A stretch of 64,000 nucleotides of DNA from the NCBI GenBank assembly GCA_964106915.2, contig OZ066923.1; one strand, 5' to 3'. The notes under the pieces were generated by a model, which was given only the letters and a program-made list of their open reading frames with translations, searched no databases and was not told where the DNA came from. Shown piece after piece: positions 53,301-64,000 of this stretch; position 1 is the first letter of the stretch; each line of letters begins with the position of its first letter. This DNA is from Podarcis gaigeae (lineage: Eukaryota). The translations under genes and the position numbers were made by a program.

Positions 53301-56300
53301 GTTTTAGTAGAATGGGATGCCAGTGAACCAAAAGGATGTACTAACAGCCTTGATGGATCAGGCCAAAGGCCCATTTAATCCAGTATCCTGTTTACAGTGG
53401 GCAACCAGATGCCTATGGGAAACCCACAAGATGGAACTTAGAACAAGAGCACTGTCCACTTGTCATTCACAGCAACTGGTACTCAGGGGCCTATGAAGTT
53501 AGAACATACCTTAACTACTATGGTTCCTCAATGAATATGCCTAATCCTCCTTTAAAGCCTCTTTAAATGAGATGGTGGACATCACATTTTGTGAGAACAA
53601 ATTCCATACTTTAGCTATTACTGTGAGGGTCATGTGCACAATCAAGTGTGCCATGCATTAATTACAGTTAGTTGGAAACTCTTCAGGAACTTTGGCCCTC
53701 GCACTCGGCTGGCAGTCGGCATGACTTCAGGGATCAAAATTAAAGCCAGATCAATGCATTATTTAGGACTTCCAACCCCCCCTCCCCAAATTTCGATTAT
53801 TTGTTTAAATTTAATTTTTGACTGGTGCCTAAACAGATTAAGCAAGACCTAAGAACTTGGAGGAATATGAACCTCGTGATTCTGGGCAGCCACTGTTAAA
53901 ATGGTCCAGGCTCATGTTCTTTTCCCAAGTGCTCCCTATTTAAATTTCAAGTGCAAGTATTAAGGCTTGGCAATCCACTCCACTAAACAGATATCCCATT
54001 TTATTAAATACGCGGGATTACAGGCTGGTGGTAGGGGATCTTTAGAGATTTGAATTTCCAGTGTCCAAGGGTTCTCAGAAGGAACTTGTTTCAACACCTT
54101 ATACTTTGCTTTTATACTTACAATTTTCTCCCTTTGAAAACCCTTCAACTAACATGAGAGGGTGACCTAGCTCTTGAAATGGATCCCTCAGAGTGGTCTA
54201 GAATCTGGTCCTCTAAAGCTTTTATTTCAGTTTTGGCCATGGTTAGTTCACCTTTTAGAATAAAAAAATGGTTAGTGATTGCTGCAAAAAAAGTTATTAC
54301 CTTTGTAAATCTAAGACTTCATTTGCAATTTCGGTTCCTATGCTTCCAGCCCCAAGTACAGTTCCTGTAGACACCCCTGGTACACCAAGAAATGGTGGCT
54401 TTGTTGTATCTACGTTTAAGAGACAGGGAATCAAGATGGTTTTATTTAGTTTTACACTGTTTCCCACTGTAACAGATTATCTATTTTATTTTATTGAAAT
54501 AATTTTTATTAAATATTTTATTGAATTACAAAAGAACATGCAATGTCCTTCGCTCTCTTTTTATCATATAGTATCTAGTATAGGGTTGAAGGGGAAGAGA
54601 GGTGGTAGGGAGATGGTGGGTGGTAAATTTACATATTATTTTTCTTTTCTTTTTTCAAAATTGGTATCTGTGTGTGGTTTTTGTGGCAGTGTCACTTGGG
54701 CAGGTTCTCTTTCTTTTCATTTGTTAGTTTACATTGGCACTGAGAGAAGCTTGGGAGGCAGATTATCTGTTTCAACGCTTAAAAGTAATTTTAACTGTGT
54801 TATAAATACATCCTATTCACAACCATGTTTCAATTTTGATGACATACATGGAATGCTTTCCCTTTCATGTAACGTAACCTTCAATTTCAGTATTATTATT
54901 TTTTACAGTTAATATAGGATTCCAACTCCTTGCTCCAAAATAATAAACAAGGATAGAAACTTCAATCTTTTCACAGAAGTAATACGATGAAAATTTTAAG
55001 AGGTTAGGCTGGCCTCAACCAGAGCCAGGGCTTTTTTGGCTGTGGCTCCAATCTGGTGGAACGCTCTGTCACAAGAGATTAGGGCCCTTAGGGACTTGAC
55101 ATCTTTCTGCAGGGCCTGAAAGACAGAGCTGTTCCACCAGGCCTTTGGCCAGGGCACAGCCTGACTCCCTCCTTTGGCAATCCTCATAGAACTCTAGCCC
55201 AATGGTTGCCATGAATTTGACTCTGAATTAATTTTATAATGAAATGATTTTAGAATGTTGTATTCTTTTACTGTTGTTAGCCGCTCTGAGCCTGGCTTTG
55301 GCTGGGGAGGGCGGGATATAAATAAATTATTATTATTATTATTATTATTATTAATCGTAATTCACTTTTTTCTTGCACCATCAGCTTTTACCCTACAAGA
55401 GTAAGACGCACGCAATAAAAATCTATGAGTTATTTGTCTGCAGAGCACAGATTTAAAAGAAATGGAAGGTGTGTACATCCAAACAGCTTCTATATGGGGT
55501 ATGTAAATGTTAAGGGGTATCTCTGAACAGCAGTTGTCAACATGGTCCCCTCCAGATGGTTCTGGACTTCAGCTCTCATTGTTCCTAGTCACTGCCCATA
55601 AGACTGAAGCTGACGCAGTCCAACGCCACATGGAGGGAACAACGTTGGCCTTTGATTAATATTGTATTTTCATATCAAACTGAAGGTGAGTGAATGCACT
55701 TATATTGCTCTTCATAAAAGGTTTGCACATTCACCCATGTGAAGGATGCTTTGTTTGTTATGTTTATATGCCACCGTTATCTTCCATAGATCTCAAGGTG
55801 GTGTATATGGCTTTGTTTCTCCCCATTTCATTCTCACAACAGCCCTGTGAAGTAGAATAGGCTGGGAGATGCTGACTGACTCCAAAGTCACCCAGTGAGC
55901 TTTATGGCTGAGTGGGGATTTGAACCCTGCTCTCCCAGGTCCCAGTCCAGCACTCTAACCATTACGCCACACTGGCTTAAAGCTCTCCAAAGTGGTGTTA
56001 CAGTTTAGCCACAACATGCTGGGGAAACAAGTGGCGCTGCTATCGTCTAAATTGTAAGTGGTGTGTATATACATCACCATATAAAGAAACAAGTGTCAAA
56101 ATATTGTAGCAAAAAGGCTGCAACCAATAAGGCTAGATCTTTTAATATCTTTTAATGCTTTAACGTTATTAACAGTAGGTGTTACTATTATGTGAGAATT
56201 ATTTGATCAAGAGGCAAGAAAGAAATATACTAAATAATAGAAATGATATTCTACTACTGATAAGTGATAGTTAATATGGTCCCTGATCTAACAACATTGT

Positions 56301-59300
56301 CTCACTGTGGAACTAAAAACAAAGGGTTAAAAGGACTGCAAATTTCCTGTGCCACAAAAACATACTGTTTTTTGAAATTTTATTCAGGTTGCATACACAC
56401 CAAGGCTTTAAAGCATATTTAAGACACCCACCCACCAAAGAATGCTAGCAACTGTAGCCTGTAAATTTCAGTTCCCAGGATTCTTGGGGCAGGATGGATG
56501 TGCTTTAAAGGTATGGGACGTACCCAATTTCACAAACTATTTGCAATGCAAAGTGGGGAGGTGGGAACTGATATTTGGGGGGAGGGCTCTTAATACCTTG
56601 TAGTTCATAGAGGTATTTGCATGCCTCTTCATATGCTGGTCACTTTATTAATTTAACAGACAAGTCTGCAGCTTCTATCAGGATTTTAATTTTTTTAGTA
56701 ATGTGCCCAGTGTGAAGCTCCCATTTGATTTATGTAATATTGTGTGTATCCTTCTCACTGTAAGCACGTGTACTTGCCTTCTGAAGACAGGGAACTGCAG
56801 GGTAACAGTGCCTCCTCATCTGATTCGTTATGATCTCTAAAATGCACCAGAGCAGAAAAGTTACATAAAGGAGCATTCTCAGATGTAAATAATATACATG
56901 TTTTCTACATGAGTACTATTTCTTGTTTCTTCTTCTTTTTTGTGTCTTATCTTACTCTGTGCACTTGTAATTTTGTACTTTTGAGTTTTCAATAAAGAAC
57001 CATCACCATCCCCATTCCCTAAAGCAGCCTTTCCCAGCTTCCCCCAGCCAAATCCCGCCATCCCATGGAGGCAGAGGCTGATGAGATTGTAGTTCAAAAC
57101 ATCTGGAGGACACCAAGATGGGATAACCTAACATTTGCCAAGTAAGGATTGCCATCCTAATTAGAAATATCTAATCTATTTATCCAACACAACAAGCCTG
57201 ACATGGGCTGGTGCAATGGATAATTGAATATATTTTAAAATATATTTTAATAAAAGTTAGCACTTGCTATTCCTGCCAACCTAGCAGTTCAAAAGCACAT
57301 CAAAGTGCAAGTAGATAAATAGGAACCGCTCCAGCGGGAAGGTAAACGGCGTTTCCGTGCGCTGCTCTGGTTCGCCAGAAGGGGCTTAGTCCTGCTGGCC
57401 ACATGACCCGGAAGCTGTACGCCAGCTCCCTCGGCCAATAAAGCGAGATGAGCACCGCAACCCCAGAGTCGGCCACGACTGGACCACTTAATGGTCAGGG
57501 GTCCCTTTACCTTTACCTAGCACTTGCTATGCAGCAGTAGAGCCAGCAATTGGCTTAAAAATTAATACATTCATATTTATTCTATTTACAACTGAAGTCC
57601 TAGCATACAAGGTGACATTATATCAGTATGAAGGTCAGCAGGACAGAACCAAAATAGACCACCTGCATTAATATTGCATAATTAAATACAAAGGGAAACT
57701 TATTTTTTTACATTCAAGCTCATAGGCAGTGAATGCACATGCATTCTTTTAATTAACTTTGTTTTTTAATAATATCTAAGCTATGGTAAATATTTAAAAT
57801 AGTTTATTCATAGCTTATATGAATAAGACTATAACTTACGAAACAACTGTGTTGATTGACACAATGTACTCCAGTTCTTTGGTCCATGGATTTATGAAAC
57901 TAAACCACTGACTTTTTAATGTGACAAAAGAGCCATCTTTTGCTCTGAATTTGTAGAAGTTTGTGAATATCTTTTCTTTGCTCTGAAGCACTGGTGGAAA
58001 TATAAAACAAGTTATGAACAAAACCAGTGTTTAAATGTGTTTCAACTAAACCGATGTTCATACAGCAACTGTAAAACATTAGGCTGCATAAAGACCATTC
58101 AGAAGACGTCATCCCTGTGATGCTGATAACAGGATTCTCATGATCATTCATTTAATGAATGAGAAACAGAGGAAGAAAAAGGGAACGTGCTAAAATGTAA
58201 GAGGTGATGAATCAATTTCTGATGAAAGAAAAAGTGGCCAAATATAGCAACTACAGCAAACCATGGTTCTGGATCCTTGGTCATTCTCCCATCTTGCCAG
58301 AAGCAAGAGAAAAAAGAACACTTCAAAAATGTTATTTCTCTGGCTGGAAAAAGAAACATTGGTTCCTACCTGAAGGGTAGCTCACTCAATCTGGGCTGCG
58401 TCGCCACCTTGTGCTGAAGGCAGGAAAGTGAAATTCAGGGAAGTAGGGCTTTCCCAGACACTATTTATTTATGCTTCCAGCAGGAAGCAACACAGGAAAC
58501 TGCCTTATACACCAAGTCAGACCTCTATTCCATACAGCTTACTATTCTATACCAGGGAAGGGGAGCCTCAGACGCTCCAGGCCTCTCTGCCTGGTTCTCG
58601 GGGCTTCCCCAAGGCAACACACCAACCTCAGCCACACCCTTCACCAAACCTTCACCCTCCTCAAGTATTTTTGCCTGGGAGGAATAGGGCTGTGAACTCT
58701 GATAATGCTTCTTGCTTGTCTGGGTGGAGAGGGATGTGTGAATATGAAGAAACTAGCCTATGCAGTACTACAAAGGTTAAATTCACATGTATTCTTCCAT
58801 TCATTTTTGTCTCTGATCCTGCCACCACCAGAAGGGAATGTAACCCGCAGGCTGAAAAATATTCCCCACCTTTGGTCTACACCAGTGGTTCCCAATTAGC
58901 TAATTACTGAGGATCCCCTATTTTTCAAAAGCCACTGCAAGGACACCCTACTTTTGAAAATTTTGATAACTCTATGGCAGCTACCTCTGCAAAGCAATTT
59001 TTTGAACAAAATGTGGGGTAGCCCATAATAAGCAAAGGATTTTAGGTATACCAAAAAAAACGGACTAGGGCTGAGCAATACCTGGTTTTCAACATTGTGA
59101 TGTATCAGCAGCTAAACATCATGATATTCCGATGTATCACTGAAACTGGAAATCAGGTGTAGGGATGAGGGAAGGAGTAATCACAGAGTGGGCAGGTGGG
59201 ATGCATGAAGATCAGGTGTAGAGATGAGGGAAGGAGAAGTCACAGAGATCCGGCGGGTGAAGTGTGCGCAGATCAGGCATGGGGATGAGAGAAGGAACAG

Positions 59301-62300
59301 CCATGGAGAGCAGGTGGGTGGGGGGAGGAGAGGAAGAGGAAACCACCTCCACCGCATGGTTTGAGTGGGAGGGGGGGATGGGGTGCACCAAGTCGCCGTC
59401 CCTGGTGGCAGCCGGTGATGATGGAGGTCCACTGTGGCTGCTGCTGCTGCTGCTTTCCTGCGGACTGAGAAAATCTGCTCAGCCTCAGCACCAGGGAAAG
59501 GTAATGCCACGGTGCCTTGAAGTGAGGGCGATCGGCTGCCCTGTTTTCCCTCAGCGTGAGGAAAGGCTGCAATGTTGTCGGCTGCCACGGTCCTCCTCAG
59601 CGTGAGGGAAGGGAGCTCAGATCAGCAGCATTATCGGCTAAGATCATCGTGCGATATCAGTGGTGCCTTGAAATTGGCTGCCCTGCTCTCCCTCGCACAA
59701 GGAGTGATACATTGCTGAGTCAAAATCATTATCACAGTATGATTCAAAACCGATTTTGGCTAATATATTGAAAAATCACGTAGTGCTAAAACAGACCATA
59801 AAAACTGTGGTATTACCATGCAAAAATGACCAAAAAAATAGTTGGGGGAAAGCAAGGGATGGGGCCGTGGACCCCCGGGTGTGTTTCATGGACCTCCAGG
59901 GGCCCCTGGACCCCCAATTGATTGGCAGTGGCTTTCCAGAGCTTCAGAGAAGAGTTCTTCCTCAGCAGTAGCAGAAATGCAAAAGTGGAACGCTCTGCAA
60001 GCAAAGCATGACCTTCACTCCAGGGCCACTAGTCAAGATAGCTTTTTTTCTCTTCCAAATTTAAAATGTTAACAGTAGCAGGAAGTAAAATACTACCATA
60101 CTTTACCTGCTTTGTGTTTCTCTGTTAGATGACTGTAATCATCTTGGTGGAAGTACTCATAACATGAAGTTCCTAGAAGCTCTTGTGGTAAGTATCCTAA
60201 AATAACTGTTGCACTATAAAGAAAACATGAACACACTACAGATTCTGAAAACATCTGAAACGGGCTTTTTAAACACTTTACTCTGGTCCCTCATGCATAC
60301 AAAAAGCAACAGATGCTCGTTTCTGGAAAAAAAATACTACAACTTAAAGTTAACATATATAGCCAAAACAGAAGGACGGACAAATGCTACATTGTAATCC
60401 TTTTGTATTATTAGATCTAATAAAAGGAAACATCACCACAATTCTAAAATTGAATTCAACTTTGAAACCACATTTGATTTTTTATTTAAACTTCTATCAG
60501 TTTGAAGTCAGAGATTATTTGTAAATGTTCATATCAAATCAAATAAAAAGAACCCTTTGTTAGAAACTAGTACTTTAAATAAGTCTTACTTAACTAGAGG
60601 ACTCTGAAGTAGTTTATAGAGCAACAGCAACTTAACAGGAAGTCTGCAGTGTGGGAGGGGATCTTATCTATATACTGAAACCTTACACAATTTAAGAGCT
60701 ATTGTCTTAAAATTAAAAAGGCAAAAATGCTTACCGCTGGTCTACAAAAACAAATTTTCCATCCATGGCAAAACGTGCTACAAATTCTGTTGGCTTGACT
60801 TTTATCTCACCACTTTTTTGTGGAACAGCATAAGGGTGCAATCGCCCAATTGCAACAAGGCAGTTAAAGTTACTGCTGTCTTTTTCAGAATCACCCTCCT
60901 CTTCAGCTCCCACTTCATTAGGAGGCCAACTCTTCAGATACCCGGTGCAATGAACAGTACAGTACTTTTTAAGATCTAATTTATTACAAACACAAAACAG
61001 TTTTTCAATTTCTTTTCTAAAATCATCAGAAGCTACATTTTGCACTAACCTAAAGGCATGAGCTAAACAATTATTAAATTCAAGACTGTCAATTTGTTAT
61101 AATTTTTTTTTAAAAAAAACACTGTTTAGGTTTGGCTTACCTGTGGAAGGGTACTTCTAATCTTACAAATGATTTGAGAAGGTAAGTCATAGGTGCTGGC
61201 AATAAAAATGTGTTCTTACATATAAGAAGAAAATTTAATAGTTTAGTAATAGAGACTGCTTTCCAGTACAATACTGTTTGATTTCAAAAGTGTTATGATT
61301 TACATTGAGCCAGATAAACTGCAGAAGGGACTTTGAGCTTGAGCCTATTAAAAACTTAATGTCCCTCTCCGATACAAAAATATGGGGAAATCAGGAAAGA
61401 GAACGAAGAGGAAATTCTATTTATCTTTCATTTGGATACATAAAGGCATAATTGCAAAGGTTTCTCATCTCCCCAAAATACTGGTACCAGTGGTTGTCTA
61501 CATTCGCAAAAGTGTGCTGAAAACTCTGGATTGTAATGATAGGTAAACTAGTGAAATTCCCAAAATGGTACTTGCTGTATTAATATAATACCGGGGTGAG
61601 GACCGTCAGGCCAAATGCAGCACTGCAGTCCTCTCCATCTGGCCCTAAGGACTCTCCCCAGACCACATCCCTCACTGCTCCTGCTTCGCACTCCCAAGGG
61701 CTTTTGCCTGGCTGCAATGGGCAGGATGGAGGATTGAGAGAGCTGCAGGGGGGCTTGCAGAAACTAGTCCAGTGTACAAAGGTGAAATTTTCATTGATTG
61801 CTCTGCCTTTTTGTAATCACTGGCATGTGGCCCAGAAGAAATACGTCCTTCCGGCAGGATTATTATTATTATTTAATCCCATTAGGATATGCATGTGTGG
61901 AATTGCCTATCTTGCAGAAACTATCTATTCAATCCTAACTGTTGGTAAATACTACTGAAGTTATTACTAAACTGTCCATGTTAAAATTGTGATAAAATGA
62001 ATTTATTTGGTGTTCGGATTAAACACTCTCCTCAAAATGCAACCAAAAAACTACCTCATTCATATAAAATGAACATTGTTACTCTGTACAAGCATCCAGA
62101 TTACGGCAGTGGAACTTTGTTACAACCCAAATGCTATGCCTGGATTAATGCTGGCCAGGATGTCAGTCCCCTACTGAACTTGCATAGGACCACCGAATAC
62201 AATACTGATTCTAGTGACAGCCATTTCTTCTTTAATAAAGTCAACAGATGTAGCACAGAAATACTCATCCCACACACATGAAGTTTAAGTAAGTAAGGAG

Positions 62301-63596
62301 GGTAATAAATTTAGATTGAAGTTAATTTATTTCCAACTATTGTTTTAGGTATTTTGAATGCTGAAGTCCACTTCTTATAGCTTTGAGGTTTTATTAGAAT
62401 CAGGTGGTATACAAATCATGTGAAATAAATAACACAGCTGTAACATTTTAAGAAGATCATATTTTGAAATACACTCGCACAAGTACTGTATTTTTCACCC
62501 CATAGGACGCATCTAGTTTTTTTGGGGGGAAATAAAGAAAAAAAAAATTATTTCCCCCCCAGGTGCGGGGCTGGAGCGAGGGGAGCCCGAGCTTCCCCCG
62601 ACCCCAGAACAGGCTGCTATCCGCAAGCCGTGGGAGAGCTGCGCGACTTCGTGCAGCTCTCCCACGGCTAGCGGAGAGCTGCGCAAAGCCCGAAGCCTGG
62701 GGCGTGCTGAGCTCAGTGCGCCCCAAGCTTCTGGGTGCAGGCAAGCTCTCCGCTATCCGTGGGAGAGCTGTGCGAAGTTGCGCAGCTCTCCCACGGCTTG
62801 CGGATCGCTTCCTGAAGTGGATAGCTTCAGCGAAAGCCTGCATTCGCCCCATAGGATGCACACACATTTCCCCTTCATTTTTGGAGGGGAAAAAGTACGT
62901 CCTATAGGGCGAAAAATACGGTAAGTAAGAATGGGGGAAAGTTGAGGTTGAAGTTGCATTTTTTAAAATGAGGTATGTGGTCTCACATTTAAACCAATAA
63001 AAATGGTTAAATTTAAGGAAACCAGCTGTGCAATATTCTACTAAAAATATTGTCATTGTCCTATGTATGCAAGTTTCTACAGATGTTTAAAAAAAGAATG
63101 ATTCAGGCACACACTGTGCAATTGCAGAGCTTGCCCAATTTCTTAACAGTTTTTGAGAAACCTTTATATTTGCTGAAGTCCTGGTAACTTAAATCCTATT
63201 CAGTGCCTTTCAGGAAACCATTTCATGTTTCCAGAAGCATATTATTCTCCTGGATTCTACAAGTTTACATCACTTACAGTGCAAACCAATATATGTGTAC
63301 TTGTAAGTCAGTCCATTAAACTTAATGGAGTAACCTATTTAAATGTGTACAGAAATGCAGCCTCAAATCATACAATAATAATTCAAGCACATTATGATTT
63401 AACACATACAGCACTTGAAATAAAATATTATTCACTTATTTAGAAATACCTTTCGTCTTTGAGTTTGGCAAGGACTCATTTTCTTCTTTCACTGTGGTTT
63501 TTATACACTTTATTCGACAAAAAAATGAACGGCGAGCACCAGAATACAGACGACATGATGACCCAGCTTGAAAATCTGTGTGAACTTGCAAACCGG
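48421..63596 (-). CDS. ARNTL2: ARNTL2/BMAL2 (bHLH-PAS circadian factor), 3' part: join(63450..63596, 60735..60975, 60107..60213, 57840..57990, 56778..56836, 54301..54409, 51008..51089, 49565..49673, 48421..48554); 5' exons lie beyond the window
   Basis: Nine exons with AG acceptors, GT/GC donors and compatible phases give one ORF: [138 protein letters not shown]. The [14 protein letters not shown] C-terminus is BMAL2-type, not BMAL1 (IMSLLEADAGLG/WPL). Confidence 0.97.
49565..49673 (-). CDS. ARNTL2: BMAL2 exon (VPKRDILQLCPSGILDVENSGQHQGTVPLPSNEPLL)
   Basis: tgtgctcag acceptor, CA|gtaagc donor, 109 bp, phase 0/1; ends in conserved EPLLS. Confidence 0.92.
50243..50305. repeat. (GAAA)n microsatellite
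   Basis: Direct reading. Confidence 0.97.
50415..50548 (-). mobile_element. tRNA(Lys)-derived SINE with CR1-type tail, second copy
   Basis: ggatagctgagtcagtag..ttaatctcagggttgtggattcaagcccc..gggttggactagatgacc. Confidence 0.72.
51008..51089 (-). CDS. ARNTL2: BMAL2 exon (FHTSPPSGELSPSDLMRKSSSPVDGSD)
   Basis: ttttatctag acceptor, GAT|gtgagt donor, 82 bp, phase 2/0. Confidence 0.92.
51382..53271 (-). mobile_element. Non-autonomous L1-derived retroelement (5' UTR + degenerate ORF1-like region + 3' UTR/polyA, no ORF2)
   Basis: 18-bp TSD AAAGAATCACTTAATCAG (51364-51381, 53272-53289) at a TT/AAAG site; CpG-rich 5' end GAACTTCTGGGTTGGCGCCATCG; AATAAA plus A-rich tail. Confidence 0.82.
54301..54409 (-). 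CDS. ARNTL2: BMAL2 exon ([37 protein letters not shown])
   Basis: aaacgtag acceptor, AAG|gtaata donor, 109 bp; conserved GAGSIG..IANE motif. Confidence 0.95.
54998..55352 (+). mobile_element. L2 LINE 3' fragment with (TAT)n tail
   Basis: gtggctccaatctggtggaacgctctg..ctgttccaccaggcctttgg..gcgggatataaataaattattatt. Confidence 0.78.
55760..55976 (-). mobile_element. MIR/CORE-like tRNA SINE
   Basis: gccagtgtggcgtaatggttagagtg A-box, gggttcaaatcccc B-box, gggctgttgtgagaatgaaatgg core. Confidence 0.75.
56778..56836 (-). CDS. ARNTL2: BMAL2 exon (DHNESDEEALLPCSSLSSE) with GC donor
   Basis: cattttag acceptor; AAG|gcaagt donor; 59 bp, phase 2/1 is needed to join the neighbours; resembles human HSEPGEASFLPCSSQSSE. 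Confidence 0.88.
57271..57517 (+). mobile_element. Sauria SINE, 5'-truncated
   Basis: Homologous to 616-966; ACCTTT tail; 13-bp TSD TAGCACTTGCTAT (57258-57270, 57518-57530). Confidence 0.92.
57840..57990 (-). CDS. ARNTL2: BMAL2 exon, PAS-B/PAC ([50 protein letters not shown])
   Basis: ttccaccag acceptor, TC|gtaagt donor, 151 bp. Confidence 0.97.
59066..59788. mobile_element. Degenerate hAT-like non-autonomous element
   Basis: TAGGGCTG start, CGAT/ATCG-type subterminal motifs, internal ~58-bp duplications; right end approximate. Confidence 0.5.
60107..60213 (-). CDS. ARNTL2: BMAL2 exon, PAS-B ([35 protein letters not shown])
   Basis: tttatag acceptor, G|gtaaag donor, 107 bp, phase 2/1. Confidence 0.97.
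60735..60975 (-). CDS. ARNTL2: BMAL2 exon, end of PAS-A to start of PAS-B ([19 protein letters not shown]...[13 protein letters not shown])
   Basis: aattag acceptor, CG|gtaagc donor, 241 bp; lies inside ORF-track 60731..61045. Confidence 0.97.
62486..62921. mobile_element. Tc1/mariner(pogo)-type MITE with internal hairpins
   Basis: TA|CTGTATTTTTC..GAAAAATACGG|TA; ccgtgggagagctg..cagctctcccacgg palindrome occurs twice. Confidence 0.87.
63450..63596 (-). CDS. ARNTL2: BMAL2 exon, PAS-A region ([48 protein letters not shown])
   Basis: tttcaaag acceptor, AAAG|gtattt donor, 147 bp, phase 1/1; conserved SG(A/S)RRSFFCRIK motif. Confidence 0.95.
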
Positions 63597-64000
63597 CTTT
63601 GAAAGTTTAAAAAGGAACAAAACACACAAAAATACTTGGCATGGGAAATAAAAACACTATTCAGCTTTCACATGCTTCCAAGATACTTTCATATTGCTTC
63701 TGAAATTTCAGCATATATAGCTTAGAAACCTTTGATGAATTAAAATATGAAAATGAAGAAATATGGTTAAAGTAACTCAAGAGGGGAAAGCAGCAATCTA
63801 TTTTACAACCCAACCAATGTTATGCATGATGATAAAGTATGACTGAAGTTTGAATTTGAACTCCATATAGCTTTAACCACTAATTTGGTAGGAACATTAA
63901 AAAAAAAGGTTTCTGAGGATGCTCATACAAAAACCAGTTACAAGTTACATAATGTATATGATAGAAACAGTATCTGATTACATTAGGAATGGCATGTAAC

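Noticed and set aside
54268-54912. 214-aa plus-strand ORF
   Set aside because: Antisense to a BMAL2 exon and runs through a T-rich, probably L1-derived tail
49856-56770. Three CACGTG E-boxes in BMAL2 introns (49856, 50773, 56765) as autoregulation
   Set aside because: About 11 CACGTG seen across the window, no clear enrichment or tandem E-box spacing
62457-63056. 199-aa ORF
   Set aside because: Read-through of a GC-rich MITE; no transposase motifs

Overview
Vertebrate, intron-rich nuclear DNA, most likely from a squamate (probably lacertid) lizard, judging by Sauria SINEs and the CR1/L2/RTE/Penelope/hAT/Tigger repeat content. The right third holds the last nine coding exons of the circadian bHLH-PAS gene ARNTL2/BMAL2 on the minus strand (63596 to the stop at 48421). 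They splice in phase into one open frame through a GC-AG intron, followed by a probable ~4 kb 3' UTR. A CpG-island promoter with a minus-strand first exon at ~23.4-23.8 kb is most likely PPFIBP1 (inferred from mammalian synteny), which would make 1-23430 intronic. The interval where mammals carry SMCO2 shows no recognisable SMCO2 exons. It does contain a decayed, internally deleted SSR4 (TRAP-delta) retrocopy next to a solo LTR, an RFX/CCAAT motif pair and several orphan exon candidates. Nearly all ORFs in the supplied track are spurious or repeat-derived. I found no convincing new biological system. The best leads are the SSR4 retrocopy, a 1.9 kb ORF2-less L1 derivative with perfect TSDs, a cargo-carrying hAT element present twice, and the SMCO2 gap. 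All homology calls are from recall of reference sequences, not from a search.
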